Assembly (NCBI RefSeq): GCF_006345805.1
Contig: NC_043017.1
Coordinates: 18,104,001 to 18,168,000 of the forward strand
Direction: 5' to 3'
From: Octopus sinensis
Lineage: Eukaryota
Length of the DNA: 64,000 nucleotides
The notes under the pieces were generated by a model. The model did no database searches, was not told where the DNA came from, and worked only from the letters and a program-made list of their open reading frames with translations. Position 1 is the stretch's first letter; each line of letters opens with the position of its first letter. This document shows, in pieces, positions 53,991-64,000 of the stretch. The position numbers were made by a program, and so were the translations under genes.

Positions 53991-55361
53991 AGCAATAAAA
54001 TTCAGGCACAGCTGATCACTGATGGAAGGAAAAGGGAAGTGATTGACTTTTGTAGAATATAGTGAAAAACAACGATGAAAGATCGAACCAATAACTGAAT
54101 ATTAGAGGAATCGGATGCTGGATGCAAGAGAAAAGACTGCACTAGTATGGACAACCTTTACTTCCGGTGAACCTATATAAATAATCACCTCGTGTGCTTC
54201 TCTTTCATTCACCCTTTCTTGACCACACAGCGAAGATCATAGCAAGCAAGCTAAGAATTCTCATTTCATTTCTTCCGACTCTTGTACTACACACATACAT
54301 TTGCCGCTAACCCTTAAATGTTCGAATCTATTCACTAATTCTGCTTGTTCTTAAAATATAACCCTTTAATTTGTTTAACCCCTCGGTACCAAGTTAATTT
54401 GTTCGTTACTCTGTTCATTTCTTCAAACCCCGATTGTTTTAAGTCTACTGTCCCCAATCAAAATCTTCGCAGCACGCCATTCGTTCGCGGTTCGCCCGCC
54501 CTCCCACCCCCACCACCCATACCGGAGAACACTCTGTTTACACCATCCTCACCGGATATCCCCTCTACCACCGCCACCACTACGTGTGTCTGTTCCTCCT
54601 ACCCCTCCTCCTCAATATACTTTCTCACTATGTATTTTACCCCTGCCTCTCTCCCCCTGGACAGAAGCAGCTAGCGCTGCAGCTCATCAAACGTCCCACT
54701 TAACCTGTTATCTTATGTTCCTCCTGTTTTGAAATGTGTCACTGCCTCAACCGGCTATCTCCTTCCAGCCCCCTCCCCCACTCGTGATATCCTACGTTTT
54801 ACTTCCTACTTTTCATTCTGTCTAGAACCTGCCACCAACCCTACCTGTCATCGTTTCTCTTTACCCCAAACCTTCCCCACTGGTGCTCCCCTATATTACA
54901 TGCACCCCCCCCCCCACTCTCTCTCCCTCTCTCCTCTCTGCCGGAACCCTCCCCCCTGCCGCAATGCAACGAAAAAAAGGCAATAACCGATCGTGGCCGA
55001 TGCCAGACCCCTCTGGCACCTGTGCAGGTGGCACGTAAAAAGCACCCACTACACTCGCGGAGTGGTTGGCGTTAGGAAGGGCATCAAGCTGTAGAAACAC
55101 TGCCAGATCAGACTGGAGCCTGGGGCAGTCCCTGCTCCCCAGACCCCGGTCAAACCGTCCAACCCGTGCTAGCGCGGAAAACGGACGTTTAAACGATGAT
55201 GATGATGATGATGATGATGAGCTTTTTAAACCCACTGTTCTACATGTTATCATTTATAGCTCTATCTACTTTGAGTCCCACTGTTAAAATGATCTATTTC
55301 TTATCTTTTGTACTAAAAAACAAGAAATGAAAAATTCTTATGATCAACATATATATATATA

Positions 55362-55425
<64 letters not shown>

Positions 55426-55530
55426 TATATATATACATATATATATATATGTTCACACATGCATATATGTATGTGCATGTATGTATGTATATGTATATAT
55501 GTTTAGATCCTATTTACTATTTTAACACAG

Positions 55531-55607
55531 ATGAATCTCCAGATGAAGTCGTGGCCAGCCTGACACACCAATGTGACAGTTTTCAAAACCAAATCAGAGA
55601 AATGGAG
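55531..55607 (+). CDS. UBXN11: UBXN11 exon 6 (NESPDEVVASLTHQCDSFQNQIREME)
   Basis: acacag|...GAG|gtcagt; resembles LETMCVQLQRQVREME. Confidence 0.88.
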
Positions 55608-56269
55608 GTCAGTGTTTGACTCTACCGGTCTGCCTTGTCCACTTTGTCCATCATGTGTGTGGCTACCACCACAACCTAGGAGTGTACAATATTTAGATTA
55701 GATAGTGGAGAGAATGAAACATGTCCAGAGTGTCACCGCACTCAACTACAATTCATCCCTGCTCCTGTGTAAGGAGTCCAGAGACATGGCTGTAGTATTT
55801 GAGTGATTATTTGCACCCTATTGTCCTTGGGTACCTTTAGTAGAACCCACTCTGTTGTCACCTATTTAACATTACTGACTGGTCCTTGGTTACCTTTAGT
55901 AGAGCCCACTCTGTTGTCATCCTAAAAAAAAAATATGATAATATAAATCTTTTAGATGCCAACCCACCTGAAGCAACTTCCTGTTTAAAAGTGTGCTAAA
56001 TCAAAAATAGTCATCAAAATTTTTATATCCATATTCCAAACACGAGTTTGATAATGACAGTTATTTCACAAAATTTTTCACTATTTCCAAAATTAATTTA
56101 AACAAAGGTAGTGTATTTCAACAGAAATATGGTGTTCTAAACTTACCAGCAAATAACATGGTGACCAGTTGTTAATGTTGACTCTCCATTTAAGGACCTT
56201 GTTCTCATGTAAACAGGTCCCAAATTACTATCTTTATAAAGATCTAATTATGGTTTCAATAGACTCAGT

Positions 56270-56620
56270 GACTTCATCAATGGGGGATCTGTTACTACCT
56301 TCAGAGGGATCTGTTACTTTGTCAACAGGGGTGAGAATATGGCCTCACTATCGAGTCAGATCACTGCTTCAACTGTCTCACCAGGGCTTGGATTACAGCC
56401 TCAATAAGGTCATATTCATCAATAGAATGTCAGTTTTTACATCCATGGGGGTCAGATTACTACCTTGACAGGGGTCTGTTAATGTCTCTCTAGGGCTATC
56501 TTCAGTAGGGGCTGGGTTACTTTGTCAATAGAATGTCACTTATTGTCTTCATAGGAGTCAGATTACTTCAGTAGGAATTTGTTAGTGTCTCACTAATGGT
56601 CTGTTGTGGCCACAATAGGG
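56270..56620. repeat. Degenerate minisatellite (caataggg/gtcagattactacct units)
   Basis: Recurring gattactacct, ctcactaat and caatagaatgtca motifs. Confidence 0.5.
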
Positions 56621-56673
56621 ACCTAGGTAATATTTTGCCCAGCCTATTCTGTAATTGTATCAATTTTCACCAG

Positions 56674-56788
56674 GATTTCCTCTATGACTATGGCCTGATA
56701 TGGGTTGGAGAAGCAAGAGGTAGACGAAAGAGATCACTAAGAAGGAAAAGTAGCACAGGTACTTATGACCCGTGTTTGTGGAGCCCAG
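56674..56788 (+). CDS. UBXN11: UBXN11 exon 7 (DFLYDYGLIWVGE...LWSP)
   Basis: Hallmark FLxDYGLxWVG motif; caccag|...CAG|gtatga. Confidence 0.93.
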
Positions 56789-56856
56789 GTATGAACTCAT
56801 ATTTACTCCTTCTAATATATATTTATGTGTGTGAGTGTGTGTGTGTTTGTGTATTA

Positions 56857-57300
56857 ATGAGGTGGTATCAAAAAGTTCCAGGACTCGTTATGTTTAATTA
56901 AAAGTAACTTATTTACCTAAGTATTAACATCATCTTCTTTGAAATAGTAACCTTGCTCAGCAATGCACCAGTCCAAGCATTCTTGCCATGTTTGGAATCC
57001 GGCCTGAAAGTCATTTTCTGTAAGTGAGTTGAGGATCTTCTGTGATTTGCTCTGGATTTTGACAACAGTGTTTAAACGGCAACCTTTGAGTTGTGTTTTC
57101 GTCTTGGGGAAGAGATAGAAGACCGCAGGTGCTAAACCTGGCAAATAGGGCAGGTGCAGAAGTGATGCCATGTTGTTTTTGGTGAGAAACTTACAAGTGA
57201 GGAGAGTTCAGTGGCAAGATGCAATGTTGTTGTGAAGAATCCAATTTTTGGCACCCTGCAGATCTGGTTGTTTTCACTGAATGTAGACCATGTAAATAAT
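56857..57300 (-). mobile_element. Degenerate mariner transposase 3' part with TIR
   Basis: LHLPYLPGLAPAVFYLFPKTK motif; TIR-like gaggtggtatcaaaaagttcc at 56859. Confidence 0.85.
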
Positions 57301-57493
57301 TCTTTCTTCTAGAGGCACAAGGCCTGAAATTGTAAGGGAAGGTGGGGCGGGTAGTTAATTAGATTGACCCCAGTGTATGACTGGTACTTTATTTCTATCG
57401 ACTCTGAAAGGATGAAAGACAAAATCAATTTTGGCAGTAATTGAACTCAAAGAATGTGCAAATAATTACCGGAATTATTGTTTGTTTCTGTAG

Positions 57494-57624
57494 AGGAGTC
57501 CATTCCAGAGCCATCATTGAAAGTAGATTATGATGTCATCATTGAGAACATTAAAGAATTGAACTTATTGGCAGGAGAAGGAGTTGCTAATGTGGAATCA
57601 ACAAAGGATGGTGCCAGACTGAAG
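57494..57624 (+). CDS. UBXN11: UBXN11 exon 8 (..VDYDVIIENIKELNLLAGEGVANVESTKDGARLK)
   Basis: Resembles VDFDRLLASLQDLSELVVEG...GGARLR; ctgtag|...AAG|gtaagt. Confidence 0.93.
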
Positions 57625-58116
57625 GTAAGTAATATTCCTTGTTAACAACTTCTCTTCATTATCAGACAGACAGTCTTACCATTATAGTAAACTGAGGAAT
57701 CAGAGGAAGTTTACAGGATTTTGCATCAGCAGTAATTAATAATTCATAGGAGAGCTCATAGGGCTACTTGTTACATAGATTTTCTTCTTTCCTTTTTGCT
57801 ATTTAATCAGGGAAGGAAGGGTCACACCCATGATCTTGTAGTTTTTAGGGCCCCTATGACTGGTAGAAGGAAGGGAGAAAGCCAATCTGTGATCAGCAGG
57901 GCTGGCCTGAATACTTGCAGGTGCCATGTGGAGAGTGACAAATTAACTCTAGCACCCATGTAGCTGCAATCAAAATGCTGCAATTAATAGTGGGTGCTAT
58001 TTCCGAAGAGTCTCTCAATCCCAACAATCCACTGACCTGAATCTTTGCACTATAACAGTACACCTAACACCTGTATGGTATTGCCATCTGTATTCGTAGA
58101 TGGTACCACCACCATC

Positions 58117-58328
58117 TACGAGGAGGTGCTGAAAAGTTCCTTGCTTTAAGAATATTGCCAAAGACCTAGTTGGCGGCCCAGCCTTCCAAGGTCTTTTACA
58201 TGGTGTAGAAGGACCACTGCAATAAGTGTGTGAATCTGAGAGAGGAATATGTTAGATAAAACCATAATTGATCCTCCTGCATTTTTCTTTTACCCAAAAG
58301 CCAGGAACTTTTCAGCAACCCCCTTATA
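58117..58328. mobile_element. Mariner-derived MITE (~210 bp, TA ends)
   Basis: tacgaggaggtgctgaaaagttcc ... ggaacttttcagcaacccccttata. Confidence 0.75.
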
Positions 58329-58329
58329 C

Positions 58330-58645
58330 ACTACAACACTACAAAGTAAGAAAACAGCACAGCTCCCATGACTTCAGGAAACATTTTTTCACGCTAAGAG
58401 TTGCTGAAGCATGGAACAAACTGCCGGCATCGGTTGTTAGTTGTCGGAGCACTGCATCCTTCAAAACTTCCATGCTTCCTGAGATTCGCCAACACTACAC
58501 CTGATTTTCTCCCCTCCATACACACACAGGCATGTATCTGACTCATACACTGTTCACTTTCCAGACATTTCTACATTGCTGCATGTACTTTATATGCACT
58601 TTCTGACAAGTTGTGGTGCACCTGAGCACTATATACAATAATTTC
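58330..58645 (+). mobile_element. CR1 LINE 3' end with (ATT)n tail
   Basis: FRKHFFTLRVAEAWNKLPASVV..FK motif; the same tail occurs reversed at ~48843-48965, ~26695 and ~32755. Confidence 0.85.
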
Positions 58646-58793
58646 ATTATATTATATATTACATGGTACTCCCCTATGCATATACAATACACCCCACTTT
58701 AAATACCACATGGTACTCTAATTAAATTATATATATTCTCTGTTTTCGTTTCATATACACTGTTTGCACTTCTCTCTTTCTCTCTCTCTCTAG

Positions 58794-58961
58794 TACACAG
58801 AACCAGCAACAATGACCCTGTATAAAAACGGAATCTTTTTGCTGAATGGGCCATTCCGATCCCTTTCTGACCCAGCAACTCGTCGCTGTTTGTATGACAT
58901 CATGGAGGGTTACTTCCCTTCAGAACTTCAATCTACTTACCCAGAGGGGATTCCCTTAAAG
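58794..58961 (+). CDS. UBXN11: UBXN11 exon 9, SEP domain (YTEPATMTLYKNGIFLLNGPFRSLSDPATRRCLYDIMEGYFPSELQSTYPEGIPLK)
   Basis: Strong resemblance to LYRNGIMMFDGPF...RCLRDILDGFFPSELQRLYPNGVPFK; canonical splice sites; 168 nt. Confidence 0.96.
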
Positions 58962-59937
58962 GTAAATCAAACGCTTTGATCTAATTCATTGTCGTCGTTG
59001 TCGTCAAGGCAACAAGCTAACAGAATTGTTATCACTCTGGGCAAAATGCATAGTGGAATTTGCCTCATGGCTATGTTCTGAGTTCAAATTCTGCTGAGGT
59101 TGACATCGCCTTTCATTCTTTTTAGGTCAATAAATAAAATGCCAGTGAAACCCTAGGGTCAATGTAATTGACCAGTCCCCTCCCTTCAAATTTCAGGTCT
59201 TGTGCCTTTAGTTGAAAGGATTATTATTATTATTATTGAGTGAGAGAGCAGTGCATGCCATCAAAGTGACACTAGGGTACAAATACATAAAGCCCAATGA
59301 CTACCCATCTGATAAGGGTACACCAGGCACATGCATCACAACCATATGTGTCCAACATGGTGATCTCATATCAAGATAAACAGCACATGACCTTGCAGGT
59401 GGGGCCCAGTTAGAATTTTCTTCCAGTTGAATAGCCCATCCTGCTCAAAAGATCCCTGATAAGGGTTATTTAAGGATGATGAACAAAACACCCATGTTTC
59501 CAGAGGTGAATAATTTAAACCACAAAGAATTCTTCTCCACACATGGCTATGATGCTCCTCCACTAATACTCTTACCAACCACATGGTTCCGGGTTCAGTC
59601 CCACTGCGTGGCATCTTGGGCGAGTGTCTTCTGCTATAGCCTCGGGCCGACCAAAGCCTTGTGAGTGGATTTGGTAGACAGAAACTGAAAGAAGCCCGTC
59701 GTATATATGTATATATATATTTATGTGCGTGTATGTTTGTGTGTCTGTCTTTTTCCCCCTAGCATTGCTTGACAACCGATGCTGGTGTATTTACGTCCCC
59801 GTCACTTAGCGATTCGGCAAAAGAGACCGATAGAATAAGTACTGGGCTTACAAAGAATAAGTCCCGGGCTCGAGTTGCTCGACTAAAGGTTGTGCTCCAG
59901 CATGGCCGCAGTCTAATGACTGAAACAAGTAAAAGAG

Positions 59938-60002
<65 letters not shown>

Positions 60003-60171
60003 ATATGTGGGTACAAGGGTACAAGAGGTCATGAAATGCATGCAACAAAAAAATACGAAGCACGAGTACATGGAACACGAACTATTCTTTCGAACAAAAG
60101 ACACAAATGGAAAACAAAACAAACAACATAAAGAACGACCCTTCATCAGTTGTTGGCCGTTTTTCTAATCT

Positions 60172-60602
60172 TGTGTCGGTGGCACATAAAATCACCCACT
60201 ACACTCTCGGAGTGGTTGGCGTTAGGAAGGGCATCCAGCTGTAGAAACACTGCCAGATCCGACTGGCCTGGTGCAGCCTTCGGTCTCCCCAGACCCCAGT
60301 TGAACCGTCCAACTCATGCTAGCATGGAAAGCGGACGTTAAATGATGATGATGATGATATATATATATATACACAGGGTTGTTAAATAACCCTGTGTATA
60401 TATATATATATCATCATCATCATCATCATCATTTAACGTCCGCTTTCCATGCTAGCATGAGTTGGACGGTTCAACTGGGGTCTGGGGAGACCGAAGGCTG
60501 CACCAGGCCAGTCGGATCTGGCAGTGTTTCTACAGCTGGATGCCCTTCCTAACGCCAACCACTCCGAGAGTGTAGTGGGTGATTTTATGTGCCACCGACA
60601 CA
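60172..60602. repeat. Near-perfect palindrome, ~210-bp arms, 7-nt loop
   Basis: Arms 60172-60380 and 60388-60602 are complementary except for microsatellite copy number. Confidence 0.92.
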
Positions 60603-60990
60603 GGTGCCAGACGAGGCTGGCAAACGGCCACGCTCGGATGGTGTTTTTTATGTGCCACCGACACAGGTGCCAGACGAGGCTGGCAGACGGCCACGCTCGG
60701 ATGGTGTTTTTTATGTGCCACCGACACAGGTGCCAGACGAGGCTGGCAGACGGCCACGCTCGGATGGTGTTTTTTATGTGCCACCGACACAGGTGCCAGA
60801 CGAGGCTGGCGAACGGCCACGATCAGATGGTGTTTGTTACGTGCCCACAGCATGAAATCCAGTCGATGCGGTACTGGCTACGGCCACGTTCGGATGGGTT
60901 TCTTATGTGCCACCGGCACTGGCACCACAAAGATACAAATTCCATTGATGTTCATCTATTTTGATTTGGTTTGATTTTCACTTGCCTCAA
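60411..60990 (-). mobile_element. RTE 3'UTR copy carrying a 4x 63-bp internal VNTR
   Basis: Family hallmarks; repeat units start at 60587, 60650, 60713 and 60776. Confidence 0.85.
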
Positions 60991-61473
60991 CAGGTCTTCA
61001 CAAGTGTCACAAGAAGGAAGGTATGCACAGGTGGACTGACTACGTCCCAGATATATATTTATATATATATACATGTATATAGAAATAGATCACCAACAAT
61101 CAAACTACAAAGAATGTTCTCTAGCGGAAAATTCAGCAAACACCAGAACAATTAGGCGGGCAAAACAGATGAAAATTATATAAAAAAACAGAATTAATCA
61201 CATACCGGCGGTTTCAACTATTAACAAAAGAATTATTTACATAATCCAATTGTCCGTAGTTTTGTCAGTGCGATCGTTCCGACAAATGTAATTTGAAAAA
61301 CTAACCCCAGCCTTCTGTGCCAAAACAGACACGTGTTTAGTTTTTACCGATTACATTAGGGATAATTTCAAATGTCTTAGTTCTGGCGCGCTAAAAATTC
61401 CGGAAGTGAAGAACTGCAGTAAATAATTTACTACGGTTAGTGCTGCCTATTAGAGAACATATTTATTTTAATA

Positions 61474-61646
61474 TTTAAATAATGAGGGAGATAAATTAAT
61501 ATTAATTTAAAACCAGTAGCCTAGCATACAAAAATCTGAAAAATCAGAGAAAATTCTAGTGTATTAGAATTTTCTCTGATTTTTCAGATTTTTGTATGCT
61601 AGGCTACTGGTTTTAAATTAATATTAATTTATCTCCCTCATTATTT

Positions 61647-61649
<3 letters not shown>
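61474..61649. repeat. Perfect palindrome, 85-bp arms, 6-nt loop (gtgtat)
   Basis: 61474-61558 is the exact reverse complement of 61565-61649. Confidence 0.95.
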
Positions 61650-61677
<28 letters not shown>

Positions 61678-62112
61678 CATCATCATCATCATCATCGTTT
61701 AACGTCCGTTGTCCATGCTAGCATGGGTTGGACGGTTCGACCGGGGATCTGGGAAGCCAGAAGGCTGCACCAGGCTCCAGTCTTATCTGGCAGTGTTTCT
61801 ACAGCTGGATGCCCTTCCTAACGCCAACCACTCCGTGAGTGTAGTGGGTGCTTTTTACGTGCCACCTGCACAGGTGCCAGGCGAGGCTGGCAACGGCCAC
61901 GGTCGGATTGGTGTATTTTATGTGCCACCGGCACGGAAGCCAGACGAGGCGGAGCTGGCATCGGCCACGAGTCGGATAGTGCTTTTTACGCCACGAGTCG
62001 GATAGTGCTTTTTACGTACCACCAGACCAGGGATCCTGGCTGGTTCAATTCGATTTCGATTTCGATTTCCCCAACATGTCTTCGCAAGCAACGGGGTTGA
62101 TATATATATATA

Positions 62113-62341
62113 TAGGGCTGGCCAAAAGTCACTGGACAGTAAATCAAAATTCCATAAATGCTATTTGTAATCCTGTATTGACTGGAATGCAAAAAATGTG
62201 TCACTCAAGAACTTCAGTTTGAACAATTTTCATGATGTTTCATATTTAGACGCTTTTATTAAGTTCATTCAGTTAACATAAACAAATCTTGGAATTAAAT
62301 GGTTTTGATTTACTGTCAGGTGACTTTTGGCCAACCCTGTA
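62113..62341. mobile_element. Tc1-like MITE in a (TA)n tract
   Basis: ~38-bp TIRs tagggctggccaaaagtcactggacagtaaatcaaaa / ttttgatttactgtcaggtgacttttggccaaccctgta. Confidence 0.8.
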
Positions 62342-62578
62342 TATATAGCTGAAGAGTTTGAAGAAACACAATTTATAACAAAATTAGACTTCTAGTTCTA
62401 AAGAAAATGGGGAACTAAATGTTCTTTGAAGGTAAAATCTTCAGGTAGAGGATGCAATTAGGGATCAGAGTAACTTAGGTTAGGGAAGAAGGGAACTCAG
62501 TCAATGTCCCCCTCTGGTTGAACCCGTTCTCTTGTAACTCCAATTCTTACTCTCTGCTTCTCTTCTCTTGTTTGAAAG

Positions 62579-62738
62579 GTCATAGACAACAGGAATATAG
62601 AATACACTATGCAGCCGTCCAGTGCTTTCCCTGGGATTGGACAGCTCCTGAATGGCACGAAAAATGATACTCCATGTTTACATACTCATAGAACTCTAAG
62701 ATCAGCTTCTTCTCTCCAACACATGACACAGCCTCATG
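62579..62738 (+). CDS. UBXN11: UBXN11 exon 10 (VIDNRNIEY...AFPGIGQLL...QPH)
   Basis: Resembles VSDLRNQVY...FPGEGRVVG; gaaag|...G|gtaagt; phase 0 to 1. Confidence 0.88.
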
Positions 62739-62843
62739 GTAAGTTCACCTTTCAGTCCTTTATCACATGTTACACTAAACCACAGTATAACACTGTCTTG
62801 TATGCCTCTCCACATTACTCTCCAATATGATACTGTTCTACAA

Positions 62844-63013
62844 GGCGCAGGAGTGGCTGTGTGGTAAGTAGCTTGCTAACCAACCACATGGTTCCGGGTT
62901 CAGTCCCACTGCATGGCATCTTGGGTAAGTGTCTTCTGCTATAGCCCCGAGCCAACCAATGCCTTGTGAGTGGATTTGGTAGACGGAAACTGAAAGAAGC
63001 CTGTCGTATATAT

Positions 63014-63045
<32 letters not shown>

Positions 63046-63246
63046 TTGTGTGTCTGTGTTTGTCCCCCTAGCATGGCTTGACAACCGATGCTAGTGTGTT
63101 TATGTCCCCGTCACTTAGCAGTTCGGCAAAAGAGACCGATAGAATAAGTACTGGGCTTACAAAGTATAAGTCCTGGGGTCGATTTGCTCGACTAAAGGCG
63201 GTGCTCCAGCATGGCCGCAGTCAAATGACTGAAACAAGTAAAAGAG
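62844..63246 (+). mobile_element. Full-length tRNA-derived SINE family 1 (CORE-like central domain, tentative)
   Basis: A/B boxes (TGGCTGTGTGG; GGTTCAGTCC), ggcatcttgggtaagtgtctt core, tail gcggtgctccagcatggccgcagtcaaatgactgaaac. Other copies at 5441-5805(-), 21150-21550(+), 38241-38630(+), 51515-51852(-), 59570-59937(+). Confidence 0.85.
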
Positions 63247-63516
63247 TAAAGGTAACAACAGCCCTGATTACTCTTTTCCCTGTCATTCCTTTATATCCTG
63301 CTGCACTGTTCACTGTTGCACTGCTGCACTGTTCACTGTGCACTGCATGTTTAGTTCACAGAGTCCATTGTAGTGTACACTACAGACTCTGACTGTCCAT
63401 GTTGATGGAGTTTGATGTGTTATGGAGTGTCTTAGTGTGTAGGTGTGTTTCAATAGACAAAACTTGATGACTTACCTCCAACTGTCCCCCAAACTATTTT
63501 TTTCTCTCTCCCACAG

Positions 63517-63620
63517 AACCCCGGCTGTCAGCTGACCAGTTCATTAGGAAACTCCCAGGCTGTGTCATCAAAGATGGCAATACAATTGAAGTGAAGAAAT
63601 CTATTGAAAGTCTGCTGAAG
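63517..63620 (+). CDS. UBXN11: UBXN11 exon 11 (EPRLSADQFIRKLPGCVIKDGNTIEVKKSIESLLK); UBX-domain exons lie beyond the window
   Basis: Resembles MTAEKFLNRLPKFVIRQGEVIDIRGPIRDTLQ; ccacag|...AAG|gtaagt. Confidence 0.93.
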
Positions 63621-64000
63621 GTAAGTCCTTCCGGAAATATCTTAATGGCAGCAGATGATGAAGTACTAGAAAGAAACCATTATTAAGATTGGACGACACA
63701 GACGTAGCTGTGTGATTAACGAGTTTGGTTCTGAGTCACATAGTTTTGGGTTCAGTCCCACTGCCTGGCACCTCGAGCAAGTGTCTTCTATTATAGCTCT
63801 GGGCCTACTGAAGTAGATTTGGTAGTTTGATGCCAAAAGAAGACTATCTATCTGTTTGTCTGTCTGTGTGTCTATCTATCAATCTGTCTCTATTTGTCCA
63901 TCATCTGTCTGTGTTTCTATCTCTCTATCTGTCCATCTCTATAGATCTATCTATCTACCTACCTACTTATCCACCTTCTTTCCTTCTCTTGTGTGTACAA

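Noticed and set aside
60587-60838. Regular 63-bp repeats and 84-bp finger repeats as a CRISPR-like array
   Set aside because: No unique spacers and no cas genes; eukaryotic context; explained as a LINE UTR VNTR and ZNF units

Overview
AT-rich, microsatellite- and retroposon-dense eukaryotic DNA, most consistent with a coleoid cephalopod, probably Octopus (inferred from the tandem effector-less C2H2-ZNF cluster plus tRNA-SINE/RTE/CR1/mariner content; not database-checked). Bases ~1-43,500 hold a cluster of seven C2H2 zinc-finger genes, labelled here A(+), B(+), C(+), D(-), E(-), F(+), G(+). Each finger array lies in one large terminal exon, and the cluster was built by tandem and inverted segmental duplication. 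C, D, E and G share an N-terminal leader and a near-identical C-terminal finger cassette but have different middle fingers. C and E are cut short by stops that leave relic fingers behind. D has a TGG>TAG stop in its leader that A-to-I editing would exactly revert (hypothesis only). Bases 44,769-63,620 contain 11 phase-compatible coding exons of UBXN11, reconstructed by hand; the gene runs off the right edge. Also present: a 1.6-kb foldback/Merlin-like DNA element with paralogous empty sites, several MITE families, and three long one-sided fold-back palindromes next to RTE tails or (TA)n tracts. No CRISPR, rRNA or bona fide tRNA genes were seen.
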